The notes under the pieces are model-generated. The model had not been told where the DNA came from. It saw only the letters and a list, made by a program, of their open reading frames with translations, and did not search any database. A stretch of DNA of 64,000 bases from an uncultured Verrucomicrobiae bacterium (lineage in GTDB: Bacteria; Verrucomicrobiota; Verrucomicrobiia; Limisphaerales; UBA1100): NCBI GenBank assembly GCA_937775205.1, contig CALKBX010000026.1, positions 28,475 through 92,474 of the forward strand. The letters run 5' to 3'. The translations under genes and the position numbers were made by a program. Below, piece by piece: positions 8,673 to 18,187 of the stretch. Numbering within the stretch: position 1 is the first letter of the stretch; each line of letters begins with the position of its first letter.

Positions 8673-11633
8673 ATGAAATACTGGTCACGATTGTTAATGA
8701 GCGTGTTGGCGATGCCCATGGTGTTGTCGGCACAAGAGTTGTCCGACGCGGCAAAGGTTGAGTTTTTCGATCAGAAAGTTTACGCGATACTCAAGGATAA
8801 TTGCTTTAAGTGCCACGGTGGGGAGAAGAAGCTTAAGGGGCAATTTCGCCTCACCAGCCGAGAGGGGTTGCTTGCGGGCGGCGAAATTGGGCCGGCCATC
8901 AATCTCAAGGAGCCTCAGAAGAGCTTGCTGCTTGATATGCTTTCCTATCGCGATGGCGATCACGAGATGCCGCCCAAAGCCAAGCTGCCGCAGGCGCAGA
9001 TCGACATCCTCACGCAATGGGTCAAGCTGGGTGCGCCGTTTAATCCTAAGTTGGAAATCGCTGGCAACGATGTGCCGGACAAGCTGCCCAATACACAGAT
9101 TAACGCCCGCACCAAAGCGTACTGGGCCTACCAGAAAATCCAACACCCACCAACGCCCAAGGTGGCCAATGACGATTGGGGCCGGAGTGCCATCGATGCG
9201 TTTGTGTTCGATCGGTTGGCGCGCAATAAACTTACGCCCAACGGCCCTGCCGATAGACGCCAACTCATTCGCCGTGCGTATTATGATCTTATTGGTCTGC
9301 CACCTTCACCCGAAGAGGTGGCGGCCTTTATGAAAGATAACTCGCCCAATGCATTTGGAAAAGTCATCGACCGACTGCTCGCCATGCCGCAGTACGGCGA
9401 GAAGTGGGGCCGCCACTGGCTAGATCTCGTCCGCTTCGCTGAGACGAACGGCTACGAGCGCGACAGCAAAAAAGACCTCATTTGGAAGTACCGTGATTAC
9501 GTGATCCGCGCTTTTAATGAGGACAAGCCGTACGACCGGTTCATCATGGAACAAATCGCTGGTGATGAATTACCGGACAAGACGGGCGACTCAATTACGG
9601 CCACCGGTTTTTATCGCCTCGGTATATGGGATGATGAGCCAGCAGATCGTCCTCTGGCGCGCTATGACTATCTCGATGACATTCTGCGTACCGCTAGTGA
9701 GACATTCCTTGGCATGACTGTGGGTTGTGCACGCTGCCATGATCACAAGATCGATCCCATCCCACAAAAAGACTATTACTCACTTCTGTCGTTCTTCAAC
9801 GATATCTCTCCACATGGAAAAGGGAAAACGAATCACGTTCCGATCACCGATGCCAATACCAAGGCGCAGATGGAAAAGAAACGGGCGGAACAGCAGAAGG
9901 TGATTACCGCGATTCAATCCAAGCTTGAGCCAATAGAGGAAGCTTTGATTGATGGCTATGCGGTGAAAAATCCCACTATTCGGGATAAGGCGGATGGAAA
10001 AGAGAGGAATAAGCTGAAGAATCCTTATGCACTCCCTGATGCGGCCCGTGGTAAGGGCCAGATTTGGGAATACACAACCACCAAGCCTGGCGACAATTGG
10101 TTTGAAATTGCCTACAACGACCGAGAATGGAAAAAGGATTGGTCTGGGTTCGGCAGCAAGGGCACGCCGGGTGGTCACGTTCGTACCGAGTGGAAGACAA
10201 GTGATATCTGGTTGCGGAAGGATTTCCGTCTTGTGGAAATTCCTGGCAAGCTTGTCCTACGCATTCACCATGATGAAGATGCTGAAGTCTACCTGAATGG
10301 AAAACAGATAAAAACTTTCACTGGTCATATTGGTCGTTATGTTGACGTGGATATCACCGAAGCCTCGCTTGATGTTTTGCAAACCGGCCGCAACACAATC
10401 GCCATTCACTGTCGTCAAACCTCTGGAGGCCAGTACATTGATGCAGGGCTGTTGGTTGACTACAATATCACCCCGATTCCAATTCTGGCTCGATTGCACG
10501 GTAAGGCCATTTTGGGTGATGCTAAGTTGGCTGAGTATAATCAGTTGCATCAACAACTCACCACGCTTGAGCAACAGAAGCTTGAGGTGAAAGAAGAGTT
10601 TGCCATGGCTGTTGGCGAACGAGGTCGACAAAAGACCTGGATACTCAGGCGGGGGAACCCACAGCTTCAGGGTGAGGAAGTTGTTCCTGCATTCCCGCAG
10701 ATTCTCAGTGCCTCTGAAGTGAAGATTCCTGAGGGTTATGATACTGGAAAGACTTCCGGTAAACGTCGTGTCTTGGCCGAGTGGATCGCAAGCAAGAACA
10801 ACCCAATGACCGCCAAGGTGATGGCCAATCGTCTCTGGCAACATCATTTTGGCCGTGGCATTGTGCGCAGCTCGAATAATTTTGGTCACATCGGCGACCA
10901 ACCCACGCATCCGGATTTGCTTAACTGGCTCGCCGCCGAGTTAGTCGAAGGCGATTGGAAACTCAAGCGTATGCATAAGCTCATCATGATGAGCCGCACA
11001 TATCAAATGGCCTCACGCGGAAATCAAGCTGCGCTTGCTGCTGACCCGAACAACGACTTCTTTTGGCGGTTTGATATGCGCCGCCTCACCGCTGAGGAAA
11101 TCCGCGACTCCATTCTCGCCCTTACCGGTCAGTTGAATTTAAAAATGGCCGGCCCGAGCATTTACACCGAGATTCCCGCCGAGGTAGCTAATACCGCCTC
11201 GCGTCCCGGCGCCGCATGGGGCCGCAGCTCCAAGGAAGACGCGGTCCGCCGCAGTGTTTACATATTCGTCAAACGTTCCCTGCAAGAGCCCTTTCTCGCC
11301 GCCTTTGACTGGGCGGACACCGACAACACCTGCGACGTTCGTTTTGTCACCACCGTCCCCACCCAAACCCTCACGATGATGAACAGCAAATTCCTCAACG
11401 ACTCCGCTGAGGTGCTGGCCGCACGCCTGCAGGAAGAACAACCCAACGACACCTCAGCCCAAGTCACTCACGCCATCACTCTCGCCACTAGTCGTCCTGC
11501 CACGAAAGAAGACGTGGCCGACGGGCTGAAGCTCATCGAACATTTTACCGAAAACGGCATCGACAAAAACAAAGCCCTACAGCGTTTCTGTTTGCTTGTG
11601 CTGAACTTAAACGAATTTGTCTATCTCGATTAA
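8673..11633 (+). CDS. PSCyt (planctomycete cytochrome c) / DUF1549 / DUF1553 protein with an inserted jelly-roll (GH2 sugar-binding-like) domain
   Basis: Signal peptide MKYWSRLLMSVLAMPMVLSAQE at ATG 8673. Heme-like CFKCHGGEKKLKGQFRL. DUF1549-type RRAYYDLIGLPPSPEEV and CARCHDHKIDPI. DUF1553-type tail. The insert is WEYTTTKPGDNWFEIAYNDREW...LVLRIHHDEDAEVYLNG. Confidence 0.9.
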   Translation: MKYWSRLLMSVLAMPMVLSAQELSDAAKVEFFDQKVYAILKDNCFKCHGGEKKLKGQFRLTSREGLLAGGEIGPAINLKEPQKSLLLDMLSYRDGDHEMPPKAKLPQAQIDILTQWVKLGAPFNPKLEIAGNDVPDKLPNTQINARTKAYWAYQKIQHPPTPKVANDDWGRSAIDAFVFDRLARNKLTPNGPADRRQLIRRAYYDLIGLPPSPEEVAAFMKDNSPNAFGKVIDRLLAMPQYGEKWGRHWLDLVRFAETNGYERDSKKDLIWKYRDYVIRAFNEDKPYDRFIMEQIAGDELPDKTGDSITATGFYRLGIWDDEPADRPLARYDYLDDILRTASETFLGMTVGCARCHDHKIDPIPQKDYYSLLSFFNDISPHGKGKTNHVPITDANTKAQMEKKRAEQQKVITAIQSKLEPIEEALIDGYAVKNPTIRDKADGKERNKLKNPYALPDAARGKGQIWEYTTTKPGDNWFEIAYNDREWKKDWSGFGSKGTPGGHVRTEWKTSDIWLRKDFRLVEIPGKLVLRIHHDEDAEVYLNGKQIKTFTGHIGRYVDVDITEASLDVLQTGRNTIAIHCRQTSGGQYIDAGLLVDYNITPIPILARLHGKAILGDAKLAEYNQLHQQLTTLEQQKLEVKEEFAMAVGERGRQKTWILRRGNPQLQGEEVVPAFPQILSASEVKIPEGYDTGKTSGKRRVLAEWIASKNNPMTAKVMANRLWQHHFGRGIVRSSNNFGHIGDQPTHPDLLNWLAAELVEGDWKLKRMHKLIMMSRTYQMASRGNQAALAADPNNDFFWRFDMRRLTAEEIRDSILALTGQLNLKMAGPSIYTEIPAEVANTASRPGAAWGRSSKEDAVRRSVYIFVKRSLQEPFLAAFDWADTDNTCDVRFVTTVPTQTLTMMNSKFLNDSAEVLAARLQEEQPNDTSAQVTHAITLATSRPATKEDVADGLKLIEHFTENGIDKNKALQRFCLLVLNLNEFVYLD

Positions 11634-11664
11634 TCCACTTAAATCTTTAAACTAAAACAAGCTC

Positions 11665-13140
11665 ATGGCGAACATTGACAAACCAGCAAACACGTTTTGC
11701 GGACAGACCTCACGGCGGGAATTTTTACACCAAGTTGGTGGCGGCTTCTCTTCGTTGGCGCTCACGGGAATGATGGCGGGGGATGGTTTCCTCGCCAATC
11801 AAGCGATGGCAGCAGACGGCAAGACGCCGTGGGCCAATCCGCTTGCGCCCAAGAAGTCGCCGTTGCCGGCGAAGGCGAAGCATGTGATTTTTCTGTTTAT
11901 GTATGGTGGTCCAAGCCACATGGATACGTTTGATTACAAGCCCAAGCTCTATCCATTGGACGGTAAGACGATTGACGTTAAAACTTTTGGGCGTGGCGGA
12001 AAAAAGACAGGTGGCCGTGTGGTCGGCCCGAAATGGGATTTTAAAAAATACGGTCAATGTGGCAAACAGATAAGTGACCTTTTCCCGCACGTTGGCCAGC
12101 AAGCGGACAAGATTGCCTTCCTGCATTCGATGACGGCCGATTCGCCCATCCACGGTTCGGCGATGTTGATGATGAATTCCGGTCACTTGCTCAGTGGCAA
12201 ACCTTCGTTGGGTTCGTGGGTGAATTACGGCCTCGGCAGCGAAAATGAAAACCTGCCCGGATATGTCGTGATGCTCGACCCCACCGGCGGCCCTATAAGC
12301 GGGGCGAAAAATTGGACGAGCGGATACATGCCCGCCGCGTATCAAGGCGTCACCGTGAACGCCAGCGGCACACCGATTCTCGATTTGAAAAACGCGCGAG
12401 GCATGAAGCGTGATGAACAACGTACGATGCTCGATACGTTGGGCCGTTTCAACAACCGCCATCTCAGCACTCGCACGGACAACTCCAATCTTGCTGCCCG
12501 TATTGCCAGCTACGAGCTGGCGTATAAAATGCAAATGAGTGCACCCGAGGCGGTGGATTTCGATAGTGAACCGGGTCACATCCAAAAACTTTATGGCCTT
12601 GACCAGAAGCGCACGCAGGATTTCGGTCGCAAATGTTTGCTCGCTCGGCGGCTTGTGGAGCGCGGAGTCCGGTTTATCCAAATTTACAGCGGCGGCAATC
12701 ACAATGATGCAAACTGGGACGCCCACGGCGACCTCGAGAAAAACCATAACTACCATGCCGGCAATACCGATCAACCGATTGCCGGTTTATTGAAGGACCT
12801 CGAACAGCGTGGTTTGCTCGACGAAACGCTTATCGTTTGGGGTGGCGAATTTGGCCGCCAACCCACAGCCGAATATGCCAAAGGTACGGGCCGGGATCAC
12901 AATAGCTACGGTTTCACAATGTGGATGGCAGGGGGAGGCATCAAAGGCGGTATCAGCGTCGGCAAGACCGACGAACTCGGCGCGGCCGCCGTGGAAGACC
13001 GATTCCACGTGAAAAATCTTCACGCAACGGTCTTGACCCAACTCGGCTTTGACCCCAACGATCTGTCGTACTTTTACCGCGGCCTCGACCAAAGGCTAGT
13101 CGGCGTGGAAGGCGCGGAGCCCATTCGACAGATTATTTAG
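11665..13140 (+). CDS. DUF1501 (sulfatase-fold) protein with Tat-like signal, the usual partner of DUF1549/DUF1553 proteins
   Basis: SRREFLHQVGGG Tat-like N-terminus, YGGPSHMDTFDYKP, GRDHNSYGFTMWMAGGGIKGG. It starts 31 nt downstream of the preceding gene. Confidence 0.9.
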   Translation: MANIDKPANTFCGQTSRREFLHQVGGGFSSLALTGMMAGDGFLANQAMAADGKTPWANPLAPKKSPLPAKAKHVIFLFMYGGPSHMDTFDYKPKLYPLDGKTIDVKTFGRGGKKTGGRVVGPKWDFKKYGQCGKQISDLFPHVGQQADKIAFLHSMTADSPIHGSAMLMMNSGHLLSGKPSLGSWVNYGLGSENENLPGYVVMLDPTGGPISGAKNWTSGYMPAAYQGVTVNASGTPILDLKNARGMKRDEQRTMLDTLGRFNNRHLSTRTDNSNLAARIASYELAYKMQMSAPEAVDFDSEPGHIQKLYGLDQKRTQDFGRKCLLARRLVERGVRFIQIYSGGNHNDANWDAHGDLEKNHNYHAGNTDQPIAGLLKDLEQRGLLDETLIVWGGEFGRQPTAEYAKGTGRDHNSYGFTMWMAGGGIKGGISVGKTDELGAAAVEDRFHVKNLHATVLTQLGFDPNDLSYFYRGLDQRLVGVEGAEPIRQII

Positions 13141-13208
13141 AAACGGATTACACAGATTTCCACGGATGAATTTAATCTGTGTGAATCGGTGAAACCCGTG
13201 TCTTCACC

Positions 13209-14321
13209 CTAATAAAGAATTTCAAAATCACCGTTCGGCAAGGCGAACGCTGCGGTGAAACTCCAGACGGGTAATCCCTTTTGGCTGCCGTGAGCGGGTT
13301 GGGCTTTGCCATTGCTTCCCAAAACTGACCACGAAAGATTGCCGCCTTTTTTCCAGCCAGTGTTTTCGCTCCACGCCAGCAGCACATCGCCCGCCTTGTT
13401 CACCGCGAGCGCGGGATGGCGTTGCCGCGTTTGCTTGGCAATTTTCACGGACTCCGTTTTGCTGCCGAGCTTGCCGATAAAAATATTCCCTTCCGCTTCC
13501 CACGCGCCGAGCACGCCGGTGGGCGTTTGTGCAAACGCCGCGCTGCTCATCACGCATTGGCCGATGCGCCACGGGCCAATGATTTTTTCGTTCACCTTGC
13601 CCGGCTCATTCCCCACCAGTAGCGTCATGTCACGATTCACAAATTTCTGCGCGCCGCGATACAGCGTGTGCAGTTTGCCCTCGCCATCCACAAAACTTTT
13701 CAACCCGCAACAGCCGCAAGTGCCTTTCTTTGTGCTGATGGTTTTCTCTTTTCCAAACGACTTGCCGCCGTCGGTCGAAGTCGCCACAAACACGCCCCGC
13801 ACATTCTCGCCCTTCGGGCTGGCCTTTGGCGCGGCGTGCCACACCACGTGCACGGTGCCCTTGCCATCGGCGGCCACCGAGCCGCCGCCATCGAGCGCGT
13901 TCGTCCACGTCATCAGGTTGCGTTCCTTTTCAAACCCGCTGCCGTCGATGCGCATCCGCGTGTAATACATCGGCGACCCGTGATGCGGCGAACCTCCGCC
14001 CGCTTGCGAACCATTCCACGCCACGTGCACTCGGCCGTATTTGCCCAGCGCAAGATGTGGCCCGCGAATGGTGCCCATCGCCACCGCGCTGCCGGCGATT
14101 TGATTCACCTTCATAGGCTTGGAAAATTTCCCGCCACTCCGGGTCACATAAAAAACATCCGTCGCCCGCTCCTTGCCCGAGAGAAAAACAATGTGCGCCA
14201 TGCCTTTTGCATCGGTGATGACTTGTGGTTGTTTGCCGTGCATCGGCAGATTAACGAGCGAAACTTTCGGCGCCGCCAAGAGCGTGCCGACAAAGAACAG
14301 AGAGAGGAGAATGGCTTTCAT
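13209..14321 (-). CDS. Secreted beta-propeller-like protein with an Asp-box (BNR) motif; function unknown
   Basis: 370-aa ORF, signal peptide MKAILLSLFFVGTLLAAP, one clear Asp-box STDGGKSF, and repeated V(H)VVW / LAW strand motifs. Confidence 0.6.
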   Translation of the reverse strand: MKAILLSLFFVGTLLAAPKVSLVNLPMHGKQPQVITDAKGMAHIVFLSGKERATDVFYVTRSGGKFSKPMKVNQIAGSAVAMGTIRGPHLALGKYGRVHVAWNGSQAGGGSPHHGSPMYYTRMRIDGSGFEKERNLMTWTNALDGGGSVAADGKGTVHVVWHAAPKASPKGENVRGVFVATSTDGGKSFGKEKTISTKKGTCGCCGLKSFVDGEGKLHTLYRGAQKFVNRDMTLLVGNEPGKVNEKIIGPWRIGQCVMSSAAFAQTPTGVLGAWEAEGNIFIGKLGSKTESVKIAKQTRQRHPALAVNKAGDVLLAWSENTGWKKGGNLSWSVLGSNGKAQPAHGSQKGLPVWSFTAAFALPNGDFEILY

Positions 14322-14511
14322 AGGGTAAAACTATCTGCAATTGAAAAAATGTCGATGAGGAACTTAGGGAATGATCAATCACCAAAACCGAAGTCCCGAG
14401 GCATGACAAATGGCAGAGCCCGGTCGGCTAAAATTTCACCCGAGCATTGGCCGGGGGCGAGGTAGCTTGGTTTTTCCTTGATTCTTGGGGAGTGAAAATT
14501 GAGGCTTCCTT

Positions 14512-14832
14512 ATGCATCATATGATTTTTGTTACTGTGTCGGACATCGCGGTGGCTCGTAAACTGGCTACGGGTATTTTGGGGAATCGGCTGGCGGCGTG
14601 TGTGAATCTTGTGCCGGGGGTGGAGTCGCATTATTGGTGGGAGGGGGAATTGTGCCGGGAAGCGGAGGTGTTAATGGTGCTCAAAACTACGGGGGAAAAG
14701 CTGGCGGCCTTGGAGGCGTTTGTGTTGGCGGAGCATCCGTATGACACGCCGGAGTTTGTGGCGCTGAAAATCGAGGCGGGCAGTGCGCGGTATTTGGATT
14801 GGCTCACCACGAGCGTTCTTTCGGAGGGATAA
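14512..14832 (+). CDS. cutA: Divalent-cation tolerance protein CutA
   Basis: 106 aa: LAACVNLVPGVESHYWWEGEL...EHPYDTPEFVAL, typical of CutA1. Confidence 0.85.
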   Translation: MHHMIFVTVSDIAVARKLATGILGNRLAACVNLVPGVESHYWWEGELCREAEVLMVLKTTGEKLAALEAFVLAEHPYDTPEFVALKIEAGSARYLDWLTTSVLSEG

Positions 14833-14887
14833 GTTGTGAATGGCGCACTCTTGACACGTTTGGCTCGGGGGCTAAAGTTGCCGCCGT

Positions 14888-15847
14888 ATGAATGCTTTTC
14901 GACCTTTATTGGCTGTTTGTCTTTTGTTGAATTTGAATACGCGGGCGGCGGATAATCCGACCATCAATCGCGTGCGCGCGGTGGTGGCCGGCAAGGTGAT
15001 CACGCAACGGGATATTGAGTTTCGGCGGGGAAATGTTTATCGGCGGATCCGTGATGCGAATGGCAGGCCGGTGCAGGATCTCGAGCAAATTCTCTCGGAG
15101 ATGATCAATGAAGCGTTGTTTGTGCATAGCATCAAAATTCACAAGAAATACAAAGTGCTGGCCGAACGGCCCGGGCGTGGCGAGGAGTTGCTGAGTCAGG
15201 AGGTGGCCGGTCTTTATGAAAACAAACGCGAAGAGATGGTGGCCATGCTGCGTTCGGAAGGCAAAACTTTGGAGCAACGCATGGCCGAGCTGGTGGATGA
15301 AGAGTTGCTGGAGATCGCGCAGAGTTTGGTGATTGATTCGGTGCAGGTTTCCCCCGGCGCGGTGGATCAATATCTGAAAAATCATCCCGAGGAAGCCGGC
15401 AAAGGAAAGGCCGTGAAAGCTCATTGGGTGCGAATCTCGGTTGACACCGAGGGCATGAACTTCGTTCAAGCCAAAGCCTTGGCGAAAGGGATCAAGTCGG
15501 TGGCAGAAATGGAAAAGCTGGCTGTTCAATACAAGGAAGAAGACAAGGGATCGCTGGGCTGGATTTATGAAAACGATGTCCACCCTCTGCCGCCGGGCGT
15601 GAGCCGCAACAGCGCCAACGAGTTGATTTCTTTTGGCGATGAGGGCCTCACCACCCAAGTCTGGAAGGATAAGGAATTTTATTACATTGGTTATATAGAA
15701 AAATACGAAAAAGACCGGCAAGTGCCGGGAGATGAGCTGCGCCGCCGCGCCGAGCGGCGGTTGCTTGACGGGTTGCAAACCGAGGCCTTGGAGAAATCCA
15801 TCCGCCGATTGCAGAAACAAATTTCCTGGCGGCGTTTGGATGAATAA
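14888..15847 (+). CDS. Secreted SurA-N/PpiC-like periplasmic chaperone-type protein
   Basis: Signal peptide MNAFRPLLAVCLLLNLNTRA. The N-terminus INRVRAVVAGKVITQRDIEF resembles the SurA N-terminal domain. The functional call is weak. Confidence 0.5.
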   Translation: MNAFRPLLAVCLLLNLNTRAADNPTINRVRAVVAGKVITQRDIEFRRGNVYRRIRDANGRPVQDLEQILSEMINEALFVHSIKIHKKYKVLAERPGRGEELLSQEVAGLYENKREEMVAMLRSEGKTLEQRMAELVDEELLEIAQSLVIDSVQVSPGAVDQYLKNHPEEAGKGKAVKAHWVRISVDTEGMNFVQAKALAKGIKSVAEMEKLAVQYKEEDKGSLGWIYENDVHPLPPGVSRNSANELISFGDEGLTTQVWKDKEFYYIGYIEKYEKDRQVPGDELRRRAERRLLDGLQTEALEKSIRRLQKQISWRRLDE

Positions 15848-15856
15848 GGGGCGCGA

Positions 15857-18184
15857 ATGAAACAGGCGATTTATTTTATGGGGTTCGTGTGGGGCGTAAT
15901 GGCGTGGGGCGCCGAGGACCCCAAAGGAGCGGGTCGCGCCAAATTGGAAGCCCGCGCGGCCAAGGGTGATGCCACGGCGCAGTTCGAGCTGGCGTACGCG
16001 CTTTACTGGGCTGACGGTATGGAGCGCGACCTCGAGGCCTCCGCCAAATGGGCCCAACGCGCCGCCAAGGCAGGCCATGCCAAGGCCCAATTTTTGCATG
16101 GGGTTCAGCTTTTGCTCGCCCACGGCGTGGAAGGCGATTCCAAGGCGGGCTTAGATTTTCTCATCCAAACCCATCCCCAGCTCGAACAAGCCGCCAAGGC
16201 GGGAGATGCTCAGGCCCTTTATTTCACCGCCCAACTTTACTTATACGGCTACCACTCCGCCAACGGGTATAAGCAGGACACCAAACTCGCGCGCCAACAC
16301 ATGACCGCGGCGGCGGAAAAGGGAAACAACCAAGCCGCCTATAGGCTCGGGTTGGTCATCATTCGGGAGACTAGTCCGCTTCCGGGCGACACCCCGAAAA
16401 AGGCCGCCCAATGGCTTCGCCGCACCGCCGCGGCGGGGCATCCTTATGCCGCCCATATGATGGGAGATTTGTATCTCACCGAATTGGTGGGCCCGCCCGA
16501 CGCCAAGCAAGCCGCGCAATGGTTGGAGCAAGCCGCAAAAAAAGGCTTGGCCGGCTCCCAGCATCTTTATGCCCAACTCTTGGCCGGCAATGCACTGGGC
16601 AAGCCCGACAAGGCCGCGGCGTTGAAGTGGTTCCAGCGCGCCGCGAAACAGGGCTATTGGCCCTCGCAGCAACTGCTGGCCAGAATGTATTTCGCGGGCA
16701 AAGACGTGAAACAGGATTTGGAACAGGCATCAGTGTGGCTCACCCTGCTATCACGGCAACGCGACTTGAGCGAATCCGGCGCTAAATTCCAACGCGAACT
16801 CAACGCCCAACTCACCCCCGACCAGACCTTGAATGTTTTGCGGAAGGCCGATGACTACAAACTGCTCCCCACCCCGGTGACCCACAACGAATCTATGGGG
16901 CTATTCGGTTGCGAGCCGCTCACGATTCTTTCCATCCGGGAAGACCTGCTCAACCGGCTGGCCGGTGAAGGCAACATTGAGGCGGCTTTTAAATTGGGTG
17001 ATAAAAAATTCGAACGCGGTCGACTACTCGCCGCCCGTCGGCAAACATTGCTGAAGCGCGCCGCCACCGCCACCAGCGAAGCCGAGGCCAAGGCAATGCT
17101 TGCCGCCGCGGAGAAAAATCGACTGGATGCCAATCGATTGTACATCGAGGCACGGAAATTATTTGTGATTTCCGCCGAGAAAAATAACGTGGCCGCCCAG
17201 CACACTTTGGCCGCCATTTACATCAATGGACTGGGCACCCCCGTTGACCCTGCCCAAGCCATCAAATGGTTCGAGCGTGCCGCGCAGCAAAAGGACGTGA
17301 AGGCCATGACCATTCTGGCCAACTGGTTTGTGACCGGTAACCACGTGAAACAAAACCAACCGCTCGCCATGGAGCTTTATCAAACCCTCGCGGATCTGGG
17401 TGATGCGCCCGGCCAAAATCATCTGGCCATCATGTACATTGAAGGCATCGCCGTGGAGCAAGACTTGGCCAAGGCAGAGCAACTGCTGCTGCAAGCTGCA
17501 CGACAGGGCTTGCCCGCGGCGCAAAGTCATCTCGGCCAATTTTATATGCAAGGCCACGCCCGCAAAGGGGTCGACAGAACGGAAGCGCTCAAGTGGTTTA
17601 CCCTTGCCGCCCGGCAGGGCTACACCGAGGCGCAAATGGCGGTGGGCCTGGCGCACCATTTCGGCGATGGCATTCCCGGGAAAGATTCCGCGAAAGGCTA
17701 CGAATGGCTGCTCATCGCGGAGAATTCATTGCGGAGGGAATTTCAACAAGCGCGGCGAATTGCGAACGCGCCCGTAAATGTTAAGCAATTGAGAGATGTT
17801 GAGGCCAAGCTGCTACAATGGAAACGAAAGATTGCCGGTGCGCTCACCGGCAAAGAAATCGAGGAGGCGGGAGAGAACGCCCGGAAATTTACAGCCATCA
17901 ATCTTTATCGTCCGGGCCAGGGCGCGCCCGCTGATCTCAAGACGCTCCAAGCCAAAGCCAATCGGGGGGATGCCGAGGCCCAGTTTCAACTTGGCTTGTT
18001 GCACTTAAAAGGATTGGACGCTCCCCCCCAATTCGTGCACGCCTACAAATGGTTCACCCTCGCCATGGAATCCGACCACGCCCTGGCCGAGGGGGAACGC
18101 GATGCCCTGAGCGAGATCATGAAAAACAGCCAAATCATCACGGCTAAAAAACTGGCCCGGCAGTTTAAGCCTATAAAAGATTAA
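15857..18184 (+). CDS. Large Sel1-like (SLR/TPR) repeat protein, secreted
   Basis: 775 aa with many repeats of the pattern A..W..kAA..G...AQ..LG..Y..G.GV..D, for example DATAQFELAYALYWADGMERDLEASAKWAQRAAKAGHAKAQ. Confidence 0.85.
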   Translation: MKQAIYFMGFVWGVMAWGAEDPKGAGRAKLEARAAKGDATAQFELAYALYWADGMERDLEASAKWAQRAAKAGHAKAQFLHGVQLLLAHGVEGDSKAGLDFLIQTHPQLEQAAKAGDAQALYFTAQLYLYGYHSANGYKQDTKLARQHMTAAAEKGNNQAAYRLGLVIIRETSPLPGDTPKKAAQWLRRTAAAGHPYAAHMMGDLYLTELVGPPDAKQAAQWLEQAAKKGLAGSQHLYAQLLAGNALGKPDKAAALKWFQRAAKQGYWPSQQLLARMYFAGKDVKQDLEQASVWLTLLSRQRDLSESGAKFQRELNAQLTPDQTLNVLRKADDYKLLPTPVTHNESMGLFGCEPLTILSIREDLLNRLAGEGNIEAAFKLGDKKFERGRLLAARRQTLLKRAATATSEAEAKAMLAAAEKNRLDANRLYIEARKLFVISAEKNNVAAQHTLAAIYINGLGTPVDPAQAIKWFERAAQQKDVKAMTILANWFVTGNHVKQNQPLAMELYQTLADLGDAPGQNHLAIMYIEGIAVEQDLAKAEQLLLQAARQGLPAAQSHLGQFYMQGHARKGVDRTEALKWFTLAARQGYTEAQMAVGLAHHFGDGIPGKDSAKGYEWLLIAENSLRREFQQARRIANAPVNVKQLRDVEAKLLQWKRKIAGALTGKEIEEAGENARKFTAINLYRPGQGAPADLKTLQAKANRGDAEAQFQLGLLHLKGLDAPPQFVHAYKWFTLAMESDHALAEGERDALSEIMKNSQIITAKKLARQFKPIKD

Positions 18185-18187
18185 ATC

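Noticed and set aside
8535-8754. An apparent 220-nt overlap between the divergent AraC (ORF start 8754) and PSCyt/DUF1553 (ORF start 8535) genes.
   Set aside because: Both ORF-track starts are over-extended. Signal-peptide and domain logic places the real starts at 8547 (AraC) and 8673, leaving a normal 125-nt divergent promoter region.
13150-13182. A 9-bp hairpin (ACACAGATT-N15-AATCTGTGT), plus a second 6-bp hairpin at about 13189-13209, between the convergent DUF1501 and BNR-like genes, as a possible terminator.
   Set aside because: The stems are AT-rich or short and no U-tract follows on either strand. It may still help termination, but I cannot support a terminator call.
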